Positions 1-9,276 of a stretch of 32,000 bases of DNA are shown here, one piece after another. Source of the stretch: an uncultured archaeon (GTDB taxonomy: Archaea; Iainarchaeota; Iainarchaeia; Iainarchaeales; CSSED10-239); the NCBI GenBank assembly GCA_964586355.1, contig CAZPGO010000030.1, positions 72,441 to 104,440 on the forward strand, given 5' to 3'. The position numbers and the translations under genes were made by a program. The notes below the pieces were generated by a model that saw nothing but the letters and a program-made list of their open reading frames with translations, did not search any database and was not told where the DNA came from. Each line of letters opens with the position of its first letter. The first letter of the stretch is position 1.

Positions 1-395
1 AAACCTAATCCAAAGTCAATAAAATAGATCTTATTTTCTTTAATTATAATATTAATCAGATTAAGATCTCCATGTATAACATCAATAGCATGAAGCCTTG
101 CAATTTCTTTTCCTATTTTTTTTAGATTTTTTTTATAGTTTTTTGTGTTTTTTAAATATTCTTGAATTATCTTATCTTTAGATACATAATACAGAGTTGG
201 TGTGTTTATTTTTTCTTTTTTAACTTTATGTAATAAATTTGCTTCCTGTTTATTTCTGGTCTTTATTATTTTTTTATCTAGAACTGGGTTTCTATATTTT
301 TTAGAAATTCTTTTTTTAATAATTATTTTTTTATCAAAAGCTTTGCCCAGATAGATTTCTGCTTCTGCACCGCTATTTATTTTTTTAAGACTCAT
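1..395 (-). CDS. bud32: Bud32/PRPK-type small atypical kinase (KEOPS subunit), N-terminal ~131 codons; the 3' end runs off the window
   Basis: Not in the ORF track because it is truncated. Minus-strand translation from ATG 395-393 gives MSLKKINSGAEAEIYLGKAFDKKIIIKKRISKKYRNPVLDKKIIKTRNKQEANLLHKV...ARLHAIDVIHGDLNLINIIIKENKIYFIDFGLG. The glycine-loop-like GAEAEIY, HGDLxxxN catalytic loop and IDFG motif match Bud32-like kinases. Confidence 0.7.
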   Translation of the reverse strand, partial: MSLKKINSGAEAEIYLGKAFDKKIIIKKRISKKYRNPVLDKKIIKTRNKQEANLLHKVKKEKINTPTLYYVSKDKIIQEYLKNTKNYKKNLKKIGKEIARLHAIDVIHGDLNLINIIIKENKIYFIDFGLG

Positions 396-421
396 TTCCT
401 ATCAATTTTAAAAAAAACAGT

Positions 422-919
422 TTAACATTTAGAAAGGGCGTGTAATCTTTCTAAAGTTGATTCTAATGATCTATTATCTAAACCAGTAATATATCTTTCC
501 CAATATATCTTTTCTAATTTTTTTTTATTATAAAAAATAAACAGATCTTGATATGCTTCTCTTAATCCTATATAATATTCAAATTTTTCTAAAGTTTTTT
601 CTGTAATACAAGGTGTTTCTAAGGAATAGATTTGAGTATACATTCTATCTAGTTTCTCAGCATCATCATAAAGTAAAACATATTTTTTTATTAGATCTGC
701 TTCTTTTGAGTTTATTTTATTTAGTTCTATTACATAACCGGTTCTATCATATGGTATTAAATTGTTAGTCGTTATCTCAAATTCAATATTTGTTTTTTCA
801 ATTTGATTTAGAGTTATTTGTTCTGACAATTTAAAAAAACCAAATATCAATAAAGCAACAAAAATTAAAAAAACAACAACACCAAAAAAAGACAAAGGTC
901 TTTTTCTATAACTCAACAT
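422..919 (-). CDS. Hypothetical membrane-anchored protein (single N-terminal TM helix)
   Basis: 165-aa ORF. Hydrophobic segment FFGVVVFLIFVALLIFGFF lies after a basic N-terminus. Overlaps the valS stop by 14 nt, suggesting co-transcription. No family recognised. Confidence 0.5.
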   Translation of the reverse strand: MLSYRKRPLSFFGVVVFLIFVALLIFGFFKLSEQITLNQIEKTNIEFEITTNNLIPYDRTGYVIELNKINSKEADLIKKYVLLYDDAEKLDRMYTQIYSLETPCITEKTLEKFEYYIGLREAYQDLFIFYNKKKLEKIYWERYITGLDNRSLESTLERLHALSKC

Positions 920-3284
920 CTATTGTTCCCTCTGATTCTTCCTTATATTCTATTTTTAATATATTGTGTGTCTTTATTAGGTCTTTTTCTATATATTTAT
1001 ATTTGTTTGTTATCTTTATAACACTTACTTTTTCTTTTAAAGAGTATCCTTTTTCTTTTTTTTCTTTCCAAATAGCATTATTTATTTTTTCAATATCTTC
1101 TAAGGTTAGTTTACTAAAATATTTTTTAGTATCTGGAAATATTTCATCATCTAGATCTGTATCAAACATTTCTTTTGAGATTCTGTTTGTTGTAAATGGT
1201 ATTACAGGATAAAGCAAGTATAATATTTTGTTTAAGCAATAATAAAGTGTATCAATTGCACCCATTTGCTCTTCTTTAGTAAAATACTCCTCTTGATTAT
1301 ATGCTCTGCTTTTAATTAGTTCTAGATAGTGTGAGGAAAAAGTGTTTGTTAGGAAAAATTTAATCTTTAATAAAGGGTTATGAAAATCATATTTTTTATA
1401 GGCTTGATCGCTTTCAATTATTAGATCGTTTATTTCTTTTCTAACAAATAGATCTAGTTCATTATATTTTGCAGTAATGTCTTTATCTAACTTAAATTGC
1501 CCAATAAATCTTGCAACATTCCAAAGTTTGTTAAGTGTTTTTTGTTCTGATTTTATTCTTTCTTTTGAGCACTTAAAATCTTTTTGATTAAGATTTCCTT
1601 CATAAGCTGTCCATAATCTAAAGGATTCTGCTCCAAATTCTTTAATAATTTCTTGAGGATCTATGCTATTTCCTGCAGATTTTGACATTTTGTTTCCATT
1701 TTCATCAAGTATGTGTTGATGAATATAAACATCATCAAATATTTTTTTACCTGTTAATAAATATGCTTTTAAAACAGTATAATATAGCCAAGTTCTAACA
1801 ATCTCTTTTCCTTGAGGTCTTAGAGAACACACCGGATTTTTTTCAAAAAATTCTGTGCCATATTTGTGTATGTAAAGAGGTGTGTTTGAGGAATCAAACC
1901 AAGTATCTAAAACCCTTGTTTCTCCGATAAATTCTTTTCCTCCACATTTTGGGCAACTATCAATCGGTGGATTTTCGCACCATGGTTTTTGATATACTCC
2001 TTCTTTTCCAAGAATTATCTCATTACAGTTTTTACAATACCATAATGGTATTTCTGTAGCATAATACCTTCTTCTAGAGATTGGCCAATCAATGGAGACA
2101 ACTTCTAACCAATCTAAAAATATTTTTTTTGTTGGAGCATATGAAAAATTAATTTGGTCTGCTAGTTCTTTTATTTTTTCAACATGCTCTAATTGCTTTA
2201 AATAAAATTCTTTTAAAGAAACAAATTCTATTTCGTCTTTAGATCTTTCACAAATAGGAACTTTATGTTGTATGGTTTTTTGTTCAGTAATTAGATTTTT
2301 TTCTTTTAAAATCTCAACCATCTTTTGTCTAGCTTCCTTAACTGTTAAGCCTTCTAAAATACCTGCATTTTTATTCATTTTTCCGGAAATATCTATGGAC
2401 ATTATTGGTTTAATATTTTGTTCCATAAAAAACCTTATATCTGAATAATCCCCTGCTGAGCACATCATAACTAATCCGGTTCCTTTTTCTAGCTTTGCTA
2501 TAGGGTGTGCTTTTATTAAAACTTCTTTATTAAATATTGGAGAAATTGCGGTTTTTCCTTCAAGATGTTTATATCTTTCATCGTCTGGGTTATATACTAC
2601 CATTCCAAGACTACAGATAAGTTCTGGTCTAGTGGTTGCAATAGGTATCTGTTCTCCTGTTTCTTTTACTGTAAACAAAACAGTATTAAATAAAGAGTCT
2701 GCTATTTTATAATCTATTTCTGAATCTGCTAATGTTGTTTTACATCCTGGACAATAGTTAGTTACTTTTTCATCTAGATATATAAGGCCTTTTTTATAAA
2801 GATCTAAAAATGTTTTTTGAGTAAGAGCACGATATTTTTCTGAATCTGTTTTATATAATCCTCCAACACAAGCACATTCTTCCCATTCATTAAAAGAAAT
2901 ACCTAGCATTTTAAATGTTTTTCTTGTCTGATCTGACATTTCTGAGAGTAGTTTTTCACAATATTCTACATATGTTTTTCTATCTGTATTTAATATAGAA
3001 ATTTTATATTTCTTTTCTGCTTCCATCTCTATTGGTAAGCCATTTCTATCAAGACCTAATGGAAATAAAACACTATACCCTTTCATTCTTTTATATCTTG
3101 CAATCATATCCATAATGGTATATGTTGCTGATTGTCCAATATGTATTGGTCTGTTTACATATGGTGGGGGTGTATCTATACTAAAGACTGGTTTATTGCT
3201 ATCTTTAAACTTAAATTTTTCTTTTTCTATATATTCTTCTATTAGTTCTTTTTCTAGTTCTTTAGTCCATTTATAGTCTATCAT
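906..3284 (-). CDS. valS: Valyl-tRNA synthetase (archaeal type, compact)
   Basis: 792 aa. FSIDTPPPYVNRPIHIGQ...IARYKRMKGYSVLFPLGLDRNGLPIE matches the archaeal ValRS N-terminal block (IDTPPP..HxGH..IARYKRM.GY.VLFP.G.D..GLP). KMSKS loop present (NKMSKSAGNSIDP). Zinc-knuckle-like CPGC, CKNC and CPKC pairs. Confidence 0.85.
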   Translation of the reverse strand: MIDYKWTKELEKELIEEYIEKEKFKFKDSNKPVFSIDTPPPYVNRPIHIGQSATYTIMDMIARYKRMKGYSVLFPLGLDRNGLPIEMEAEKKYKISILNTDRKTYVEYCEKLLSEMSDQTRKTFKMLGISFNEWEECACVGGLYKTDSEKYRALTQKTFLDLYKKGLIYLDEKVTNYCPGCKTTLADSEIDYKIADSLFNTVLFTVKETGEQIPIATTRPELICSLGMVVYNPDDERYKHLEGKTAISPIFNKEVLIKAHPIAKLEKGTGLVMMCSAGDYSDIRFFMEQNIKPIMSIDISGKMNKNAGILEGLTVKEARQKMVEILKEKNLITEQKTIQHKVPICERSKDEIEFVSLKEFYLKQLEHVEKIKELADQINFSYAPTKKIFLDWLEVVSIDWPISRRRYYATEIPLWYCKNCNEIILGKEGVYQKPWCENPPIDSCPKCGGKEFIGETRVLDTWFDSSNTPLYIHKYGTEFFEKNPVCSLRPQGKEIVRTWLYYTVLKAYLLTGKKIFDDVYIHQHILDENGNKMSKSAGNSIDPQEIIKEFGAESFRLWTAYEGNLNQKDFKCSKERIKSEQKTLNKLWNVARFIGQFKLDKDITAKYNELDLFVRKEINDLIIESDQAYKKYDFHNPLLKIKFFLTNTFSSHYLELIKSRAYNQEEYFTKEEQMGAIDTLYYCLNKILYLLYPVIPFTTNRISKEMFDTDLDDEIFPDTKKYFSKLTLEDIEKINNAIWKEKKEKGYSLKEKVSVIKITNKYKYIEKDLIKTHNILKIEYKEESEGTIDVEL

Positions 3285-3372
3285 TTTTACTCACATTAAA
3301 TATAATATATAATATTTTATTAGAAAATAATTAAAAACACTCTTTTATTTTAAAAAATAAAGAAAAAGAAGA

Positions 3373-4002
3373 CTATTTCTGTTTTTTAAGAAATTTCAAG
3401 ATATATTTGTTAGCTAAAAGCTCTGTATTTATATTTTTTATTTTTTCATTTAAGGAATCATACATACTTTTTGCATTATCAGTTTTTAGTTTTTGTTTTT
3501 TTTTGCTATGTTCTCCAATATTTGCATCTTTGTATATTAATGATTTATTTACAGTGTCTACTAGTTTTTTTCTATAATCATAATCTGTTAAAAAAGTATA
3601 AAATAATCTTTCATATCTTGGATCTAATAATGTATTATCACTTAACCTTGCATTTTTCACATCTAAATTATACTCTTTGTTAGTCATTTGTTTTAGCTTA
3701 TGTTGCCAAAATTTTTTTTTAATAAATTTTGTATATTTTATTTTTTGATCATAATTTTTTGCAATAAATAGTTCTTTTTTCCAAAAGTTTTTTAGTTTGC
3801 TTATTTTCTCTTTATTCTCTTCTAGTTCTTTTATTTTTTCTGTGATGTCCTTACTTGTTGGATATCTTATTTTGTTATCCTCTATTACCAAAAATCTTTT
3901 TTTAAAAAAAAGATCTAAATGTTTTTTATCTTCTGTATTTTTATTAATATCAAACTCTTTAATAAAATCTTCAGAGTTATTAATGGTTTTTGTGTTTTTC
4001 AT
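3373..4002 (-). CDS. Hypothetical lysine-rich protein
   Basis: 209-aa ORF, strongly basic with coiled-coil-like composition. No TM segment or recognisable motif. Confidence 0.45.
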   Translation of the reverse strand: MKNTKTINNSEDFIKEFDINKNTEDKKHLDLFFKKRFLVIEDNKIRYPTSKDITEKIKELEENKEKISKLKNFWKKELFIAKNYDQKIKYTKFIKKKFWQHKLKQMTNKEYNLDVKNARLSDNTLLDPRYERLFYTFLTDYDYRKKLVDTVNKSLIYKDANIGEHSKKKQKLKTDNAKSMYDSLNEKIKNINTELLANKYILKFLKKQK

Positions 4003-4135
4003 TTTAATGATCTGTTTTTCTAGTATATATTTATTTTTTTAATATATAAACAAATATTAAAAAGGTTTAAAAACAGAACAATCTCTTTTTAATTGTTTTT
4101 TAGGTTAATTAATATATATTAATTTTAGAGAGGTT

Positions 4136-4486
4136 ATGATTATGATGCCAAATTTAGGAGGACTAGATCCTAGAAGAATACAATCAATGATGAAACAGAT
4201 GGGTATAGAAAATAATGAAATTTCTGCTAAAAGAGTAATTATTGAGACTACTGATAACAAAAAAATCATTGTAGAAAACCCATCAGTAACAGAAATAACA
4301 ATGCAAGGTCAAAAAAGCTTTCAAATTGCTGGAGAGGTAAAAACAGAAGAAGAGTTACAGATCCCAAAAGAAGATATTTCTATGGTTTGTGAAGCCACAA
4401 AAGTTTCAGAGAAAGAAGCAAAAGAGCTTTTAGAAAAAACAGAAGGGGATATAGCAAAAGCTATATCTTTGGCAACAAAAGAATAA
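4136..4486 (+). CDS. nac: Nascent polypeptide-associated complex protein (NAC domain plus C-terminal UBA)
   Basis: 116 aa. MMKQMGI...AKRVIIETTDNKKIIVENPSVTEITMQGQKSFQIAG is the archaeal NAC domain. C-terminal EDISMVCEATKVSEKEAKELLEKTEGDIAKAI is UBA-like. GAGAGGT Shine-Dalgarno lies just upstream. Confidence 0.85.
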   Translation: MIMMPNLGGLDPRRIQSMMKQMGIENNEISAKRVIIETTDNKKIIVENPSVTEITMQGQKSFQIAGEVKTEEELQIPKEDISMVCEATKVSEKEAKELLEKTEGDIAKAISLATKE

Positions 4487-4489
4487 ATT

Positions 4490-5743
4490 TTATTCTTTTT
4501 TTGTTAGATTTAAATAGAATATTTGATCTCTTGAAACATACCCTTGTAAAGTAAATATTTCTTTTGTTTTATTTAGATCTTCTGGATAATTTAACCAAGA
4601 GCTTGTTATATTTTGATCATATTGATATTTTTTTTCTTCCACTATTATTTCAGAAACATCAATTTTTGCTGATTTTTTTATATTTAGATCTGTAATATTT
4701 AGATAATTTATTTTATTTATTAGATCCTCTTCTATTTTTTCAGCATCAAAAGAAATATTAATCTGTGTTTTTGGTTTTTGGATTATAGTTAAGTTTTGAT
4801 CTTGTTCTTGTAACTCTTTTATTAATAAGTTATAAGACTCTAGATCTAAGGAGGTAGCATCTAGTGTTAATATCAATTCCTGATCACTTTTATTATAATC
4901 TAAAACCACTGATCCATTTTTATCTATAATTTCTTCTAAAGAAAAATTATTATCTTTAATTATTAGATCTCCTAAATAATTTCTCTCTATATTAGTGTTG
5001 TTTTGATCAATAATTTCTTTAAGAGTGGATGTGTTGTTATCTATTTCTGTGATTCCAGATATTAAAAACTTATTTTCCCACCCAATTATTTCAAATTCGC
5101 CTTCACTAAAAAGCATTTGTATACTTTCTGATAAGTTTTGTTGTTCTACACCTCTAATATAAGCCATACTTTCTCCTTGAAAGATTGCTTGTATCATTAC
5201 AGATAATTGATCTCCTTTTTTGGTGGTGTTTTTTATAATACCTTCAATCTTTTCACTTACAAATGCTTGCTCTATTTCTTTATTTTGATCGTTTGTAAAG
5301 GTTATGGTGTAGGGCACTTTTAAAAGAGCAGATTGGTATATTTCTATTTCTTTTAAAACATCAATAGCTAAAATGTTTTTTTCAACATCCTCTTTTTTTT
5401 CTCCATCAATGTTTGCATTAATCATTACAAAAAAGTTGTTTTCATCTTCTTGTGTAAATTGTATTGTTGTATTTTTTATTCCTTCTATTTCATCAAATTT
5501 TTGTTGAATTATTTCTTGATCATAATCTAATGGTTTTGCAACTATGTTTAGTTGTGGAAATAGCTCTAGCACATTTGCATCTGATTCTGCAGAATATAGC
5601 TCCTGCTTTTGTTCTTCTGGTATTTGATCTACTCCACCTTCTTCTTTTTCCCTTAATAATTCTACTAATCCTGTAGCTAGTATAGACCCTAAGAAAAGTA
5701 CTACTAAAATAACTGATGCTATTGTTTTTTTATCCCATTTCAC
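4490..5743 (-). CDS. Hypothetical type-II membrane-anchored acidic surface protein
   Basis: 417 aa. N-terminal TM helix (IASVILVVLFLGSILATGLV) followed by a long acidic domain rich in N-x-S/T sequons. No family recognised. Confidence 0.55.
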   Translation of the reverse strand: MKWDKKTIASVILVVLFLGSILATGLVELLREKEEGGVDQIPEEQKQELYSAESDANVLELFPQLNIVAKPLDYDQEIIQQKFDEIEGIKNTTIQFTQEDENNFFVMINANIDGEKKEDVEKNILAIDVLKEIEIYQSALLKVPYTITFTNDQNKEIEQAFVSEKIEGIIKNTTKKGDQLSVMIQAIFQGESMAYIRGVEQQNLSESIQMLFSEGEFEIIGWENKFLISGITEIDNNTSTLKEIIDQNNTNIERNYLGDLIIKDNNFSLEEIIDKNGSVVLDYNKSDQELILTLDATSLDLESYNLLIKELQEQDQNLTIIQKPKTQINISFDAEKIEEDLINKINYLNITDLNIKKSAKIDVSEIIVEEKKYQYDQNITSSWLNYPEDLNKTKEIFTLQGYVSRDQIFYLNLTKKE

Positions 5744-5825
5744 AATTCGTTCACATTTATAATATTTTTTTAATATATATTATATATTCAAAACAATTTA
5801 TAAAATTGTTCTTAAAAGAAAAAAC

Positions 5826-6743
5826 ATGATCTATTATAAAATTGGCAAAATACCAATTAGAAAAAAAGGAGTTTTAGCTCCTATGTTAGAATATACCACA
5901 AAAAGTTTTAGAGACCTTTGTTCTCATTATGGTTGTGGATATTTATTTACTGAAATGGTTCATATAAATAAAATCATTAATACTGGTGATTTGCCATTAA
6001 TTTCAGAAAGCCCAACAGCATTACAGATTGTTGGTGATTTTAGAGATAAACAAAGTACTTTGTTAGCGCTAGAAAAAATAGAAAAATCAAAATTTAAGAT
6101 AGTAGATTTTAATTTTGGGTGTCCTTCAAGAAAAATAATTTCAACAAATTCTGGTGCTTTTTTATTAAAATATCAAAAAGAGGTTTTTGAGGTTTTAAAA
6201 GAAATTAAGCAAATAAGTAATTTAGCAATAACTGTAAAGACCAGACTAGGTTTTGATAATAACCAAATTGAAAAAATAGCAAAACAATTAGAAAAAACAA
6301 ATATAGATGGTTTTTCTGTTCATGGAAGATTAGCAAAAGAAAATTATAGTGTTCCTTCTGATTTTGAAAGTGTAAGAAAGATCTCTGATCTTGTTTCTTT
6401 TCCTTTAATCTATAATGGAGATATAACCACAGAAAATTATAAAGATTTTTTAAATATTAATGAGTTTACTGATCTAATGATTGGAAGAGGAGCACTTAAA
6501 GATCCTTTTGTTTTTAAGCAGATTAATAATTTTTTAGATCACAAATCTACTCCAACACTAACAAAAAAGGAAATTATTTTAAAATATCTTTATTATGCAA
6601 AAAAAAATAATGAAAACATAAGCTCACAGAAATTAATTTTACTTCAATTGTTAAATGGTTTAGATAATACCAGATCCTTAAAAAATAGTATTTGTAATTC
6701 TAAAACAAAAGAGGATCTACTCTCTCTTTTTTTATCTAAATAA
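5826..6743 (+). CDS. tRNA-dihydrouridine synthase (Dus family)
   Basis: 305 aa. LAPMLEYTTKSFRDLCSHYGCGYLFTEMV and DFNFGCPSRKI (catalytic Cys) are Dus TIM-barrel motifs. HGR motif in VHGRLAKE. Confidence 0.8.
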   Translation: MIYYKIGKIPIRKKGVLAPMLEYTTKSFRDLCSHYGCGYLFTEMVHINKIINTGDLPLISESPTALQIVGDFRDKQSTLLALEKIEKSKFKIVDFNFGCPSRKIISTNSGAFLLKYQKEVFEVLKEIKQISNLAITVKTRLGFDNNQIEKIAKQLEKTNIDGFSVHGRLAKENYSVPSDFESVRKISDLVSFPLIYNGDITTENYKDFLNINEFTDLMIGRGALKDPFVFKQINNFLDHKSTPTLTKKEIILKYLYYAKKNNENISSQKLILLQLLNGLDNTRSLKNSICNSKTKEDLLSLFLSK

Positions 6744-6766
6744 TAAAATTATAAGTAACCTCTGTT

Positions 6767-7492
6767 TTATAGTAACAATAAGATTGCTAATAATATTAAA
6801 AAAATTAATAAAAAAACTGTGTTGTGTTTATAGACGTATAAAATTGCTTTTTTTAAACCTAAAAAAATATTTTTAAACACCCATAAAACATATTCCAAAA
6901 GTCTAGAAGGTTCTTTTATTTCTTCAATCATTTCTTGAAATAGTTGATTGTTATTTTTTTGTTTAACTTTAATTTCTTTAAAATTATTTAGTTTATTATC
7001 TGTAGCATCAAAAATAAAATCTTTTTTATCAACAGTAATTTTCCAAAAAGGCACCCAAATCTCATCAAATCCACTAAGTGCAACTTCTTCTTTTTCTATT
7101 GTGTATTTACTTAATAATGTTTTAAGTATAATTTTTTCAGATTCTTTTTGACTAATAACAAGTTTTTTTATTTTTACTTCTGTTTTTTCAAAAACATTAA
7201 TTTCTAGATTTTTAATTAGTTTTGGATTAGAAAATTCAAAAAGTTTTAGAATATCATCTTCTATTTTGTTTTTTGTGGCATTTAGTGCGGTTTGTCCAGA
7301 GATATGCTTATATTTACCATCTATTTTAGTATCTATATCAAAAAAACAGACCCAATAAGGAAGGACTACTAATCTTAATCCTTCTTTATTGATTTTTATG
7401 TTGTGCCCTTTAGAACAAAATTCTTTACTAAATATATTAACAGCATCTTCTGTCGTTATATTAATTGGAAAACAGTTTTTATTAAATTCCAT
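6767..7492 (-). CDS. Hypothetical C-terminally membrane-anchored protein, immediately downstream of sepF
   Basis: 241 aa. C-terminal TM helix (VFLLIFLILLAILLLL). Two similar motifs, LPYWVCFFD and IWVPFWKI. An 18-nt gap after sepF suggests one operon. Confidence 0.5.
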   Translation of the reverse strand: MEFNKNCFPINITTEDAVNIFSKEFCSKGHNIKINKEGLRLVVLPYWVCFFDIDTKIDGKYKHISGQTALNATKNKIEDDILKLFEFSNPKLIKNLEINVFEKTEVKIKKLVISQKESEKIILKTLLSKYTIEKEEVALSGFDEIWVPFWKITVDKKDFIFDATDNKLNNFKEIKVKQKNNNQLFQEMIEEIKEPSRLLEYVLWVFKNIFLGLKKAILYVYKHNTVFLLIFLILLAILLLL

Positions 7493-7510
7493 TTTTAATT
7501 AACATTAGAC

Positions 7511-7867
7511 TTAATTTCTGTTTTTAAAGATTTTTACTTTTGCAGGAGTTAACAAAACTTTTGTTTTTGAAACAAATGCTAAGTCTCCACCATTGTCTTT
7601 TACAAACATTTTTATTTGACCTAAAAATTGTTTTGCTCTTTGTTCATTTCTTTTAGACAACTTTTCTATATCTAAGATAACTATATTTCTTTGTTTTAGT
7701 TCTCTTATAGTTTCTTCAACTTCTCCATTTGTTTGTAAGCTAATAGGTTTTACAAAAAAGTCAACATCTTCTGGTTCTTCTTCGACTTCCATATTATTTA
7801 AAAAGTCATCCATATCTAAACCATCTTTTTTTGAAAACACACCTTCGAAAAATGCCACCAAAACCAC
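7511..7867 (-). CDS. sepF: Cell division protein SepF (archaeal, DUF552)
   Basis: 118 aa. N-terminal amphipathic AFFEGVFSKK, acidic linker, then VKPISLQTNGEVEETIRELKQRNIVILDIEKL...AKQFLGQIKMFVKDNGGDLAFVSKTKVLLTP, typical of the SepF core. The GTG at 7867 overlaps a GAGGTG Shine-Dalgarno, so the in-frame GTG at 7858 may be the real start. Confidence 0.75.
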   Translation of the reverse strand: MVLVAFFEGVFSKKDGLDMDDFLNNMEVEEEPEDVDFFVKPISLQTNGEVEETIRELKQRNIVILDIEKLSKRNEQRAKQFLGQIKMFVKDNGGDLAFVSKTKVLLTPAKVKIFKNRN

Positions 7868-8082
7868 CTCAAAATTCGTTTATTTTTTTATTGTTTCTTG
7901 TTTTTTTAATTAAAACAAATATCATATAATAATATATTTTGCACCAAAATGTATAAAAACTAGATTGTATTTTCTTTTTTTCTAATGGCTCTAAAAATAG
8001 CCAAAAATCCTAGTTTTTATAATTATTTTGCTTTTTAAAGTTTTGTGTTCTTTATTTATATATATAACTTATTTTATAAAAT

Positions 8083-9273
8083 ATGATACTTATGACAAAA
8101 TATACCCACATAGTTATACACTATAGTGAACTTGGAATCAAGAAGGGAAATAGATCTAAATTTGAGGCCCAATTAATAAGAAATATTTCATATTCTTTGG
8201 AACCATATGTTTTAAGGGTTCACAGAAGATATGGGATTGTTGTGTGTGTATTAAAAGAAGATCTAAAAGAAAAAGATCTAAAAGAAATAGAAGACAAGCT
8301 CTTACAAGTAATAGGAATTTCTTTTTTTGCTTTTGTTGTGGCTTGTAAAAAAGAGATTAATGATATTGCCAATTCTGTTTTCGATCTAATAAAGGAAAAG
8401 GAATTTGCATCTTTTAAGATTAACTCTAGAAGATCTAACAAACAATTTTTCTATTCCTCTCAACAGATAAATGAAATTATAGGTGCAAAAGTTGTTGAAC
8501 TTTTTTCAAAAAAAGTAAATCTAGATAAACCAGATCTAGAAATTTTTATAGAAGTTACAGAAACAGAAGTTTTTGTGTATTCTAAAAAACACGCAGGTGT
8601 TTGTGGTCTTCCAATTGGCTCTAGTGGAACAGTAATTTGTTCTTTATCCGGTGGGATTGATAGTCCAGTTTCGGCATATTATTTAATGACTAGAGGATGT
8701 AAAGTCGTTTTTGTTCATATCTTATCTGGAAATTTACAAGTAAATTCTTTAAAATCAAAAATTTATAAACTTTGTGAAGTATTATCAAAATTTCAAAATT
8801 CTGCAAAATTATATGTGGTGCCTTTTTCTGAGATTCAAAAGCAAATAATTACTTTTGTTCCTGCTGATTATAGGATGATTGTTTATAGAAGATATATGTT
8901 AAAAATCATGTGTGAAATTGCAAAAAAAGAAAATGCAAAAGCAATAGTTACTGGAGATAGTGTGGGACAAGTGGCTTCACAAACACTAGATAATCTTGCT
9001 TGTATTTATGAAGCATCATCTTTACCAATTTTTTCTCCATTAATAGGTTTAAATAAAGAACAAATAATTTCTGTTGCAAAAAAGATAGGAACCTATGAAC
9101 TCTCTATTTTACCCTATCCTGATTGTTGTTCTTTTATGGTAGATAAACACCCTCAGACAAAAGCAAAGTTAGAGGATGTTTTGACTTTAGAAAAAAACAT
9201 AAGTGATTCTTCTAAATTAGTTTTAGATGCTGTTGTAAATTCTGAGTGTAAGAAAATATCTCTAAAGGATTAA
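8083..9273 (+). CDS. thiI: tRNA 4-thiouridine synthase ThiI (THUMP plus PP-loop ATPase, no rhodanese domain)
   Basis: 396 aa. HYSELGIKKGNR N-terminus and SGGIDSPV PP-loop. TGDSVGQVASQTLDNL and the PYPDCCS region are ThiI hallmarks. Confidence 0.85.
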   Translation: MILMTKYTHIVIHYSELGIKKGNRSKFEAQLIRNISYSLEPYVLRVHRRYGIVVCVLKEDLKEKDLKEIEDKLLQVIGISFFAFVVACKKEINDIANSVFDLIKEKEFASFKINSRRSNKQFFYSSQQINEIIGAKVVELFSKKVNLDKPDLEIFIEVTETEVFVYSKKHAGVCGLPIGSSGTVICSLSGGIDSPVSAYYLMTRGCKVVFVHILSGNLQVNSLKSKIYKLCEVLSKFQNSAKLYVVPFSEIQKQIITFVPADYRMIVYRRYMLKIMCEIAKKENAKAIVTGDSVGQVASQTLDNLACIYEASSLPIFSPLIGLNKEQIISVAKKIGTYELSILPYPDCCSFMVDKHPQTKAKLEDVLTLEKNISDSSKLVLDAVVNSECKKISLKD

Positions 9274-9276
9274 TTT

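Noticed and set aside
7868-8082. 215-bp spacer between sepF and thiI with a small inverted repeat (TGGCT-N9-AGCCA, around 7987-8005), considered as an ncRNA or second origin.
   Set aside because: The stem is only 5 bp, there is no G-string or ORB-like element, and there are no repeats. A divergent promoter region explains it adequately.
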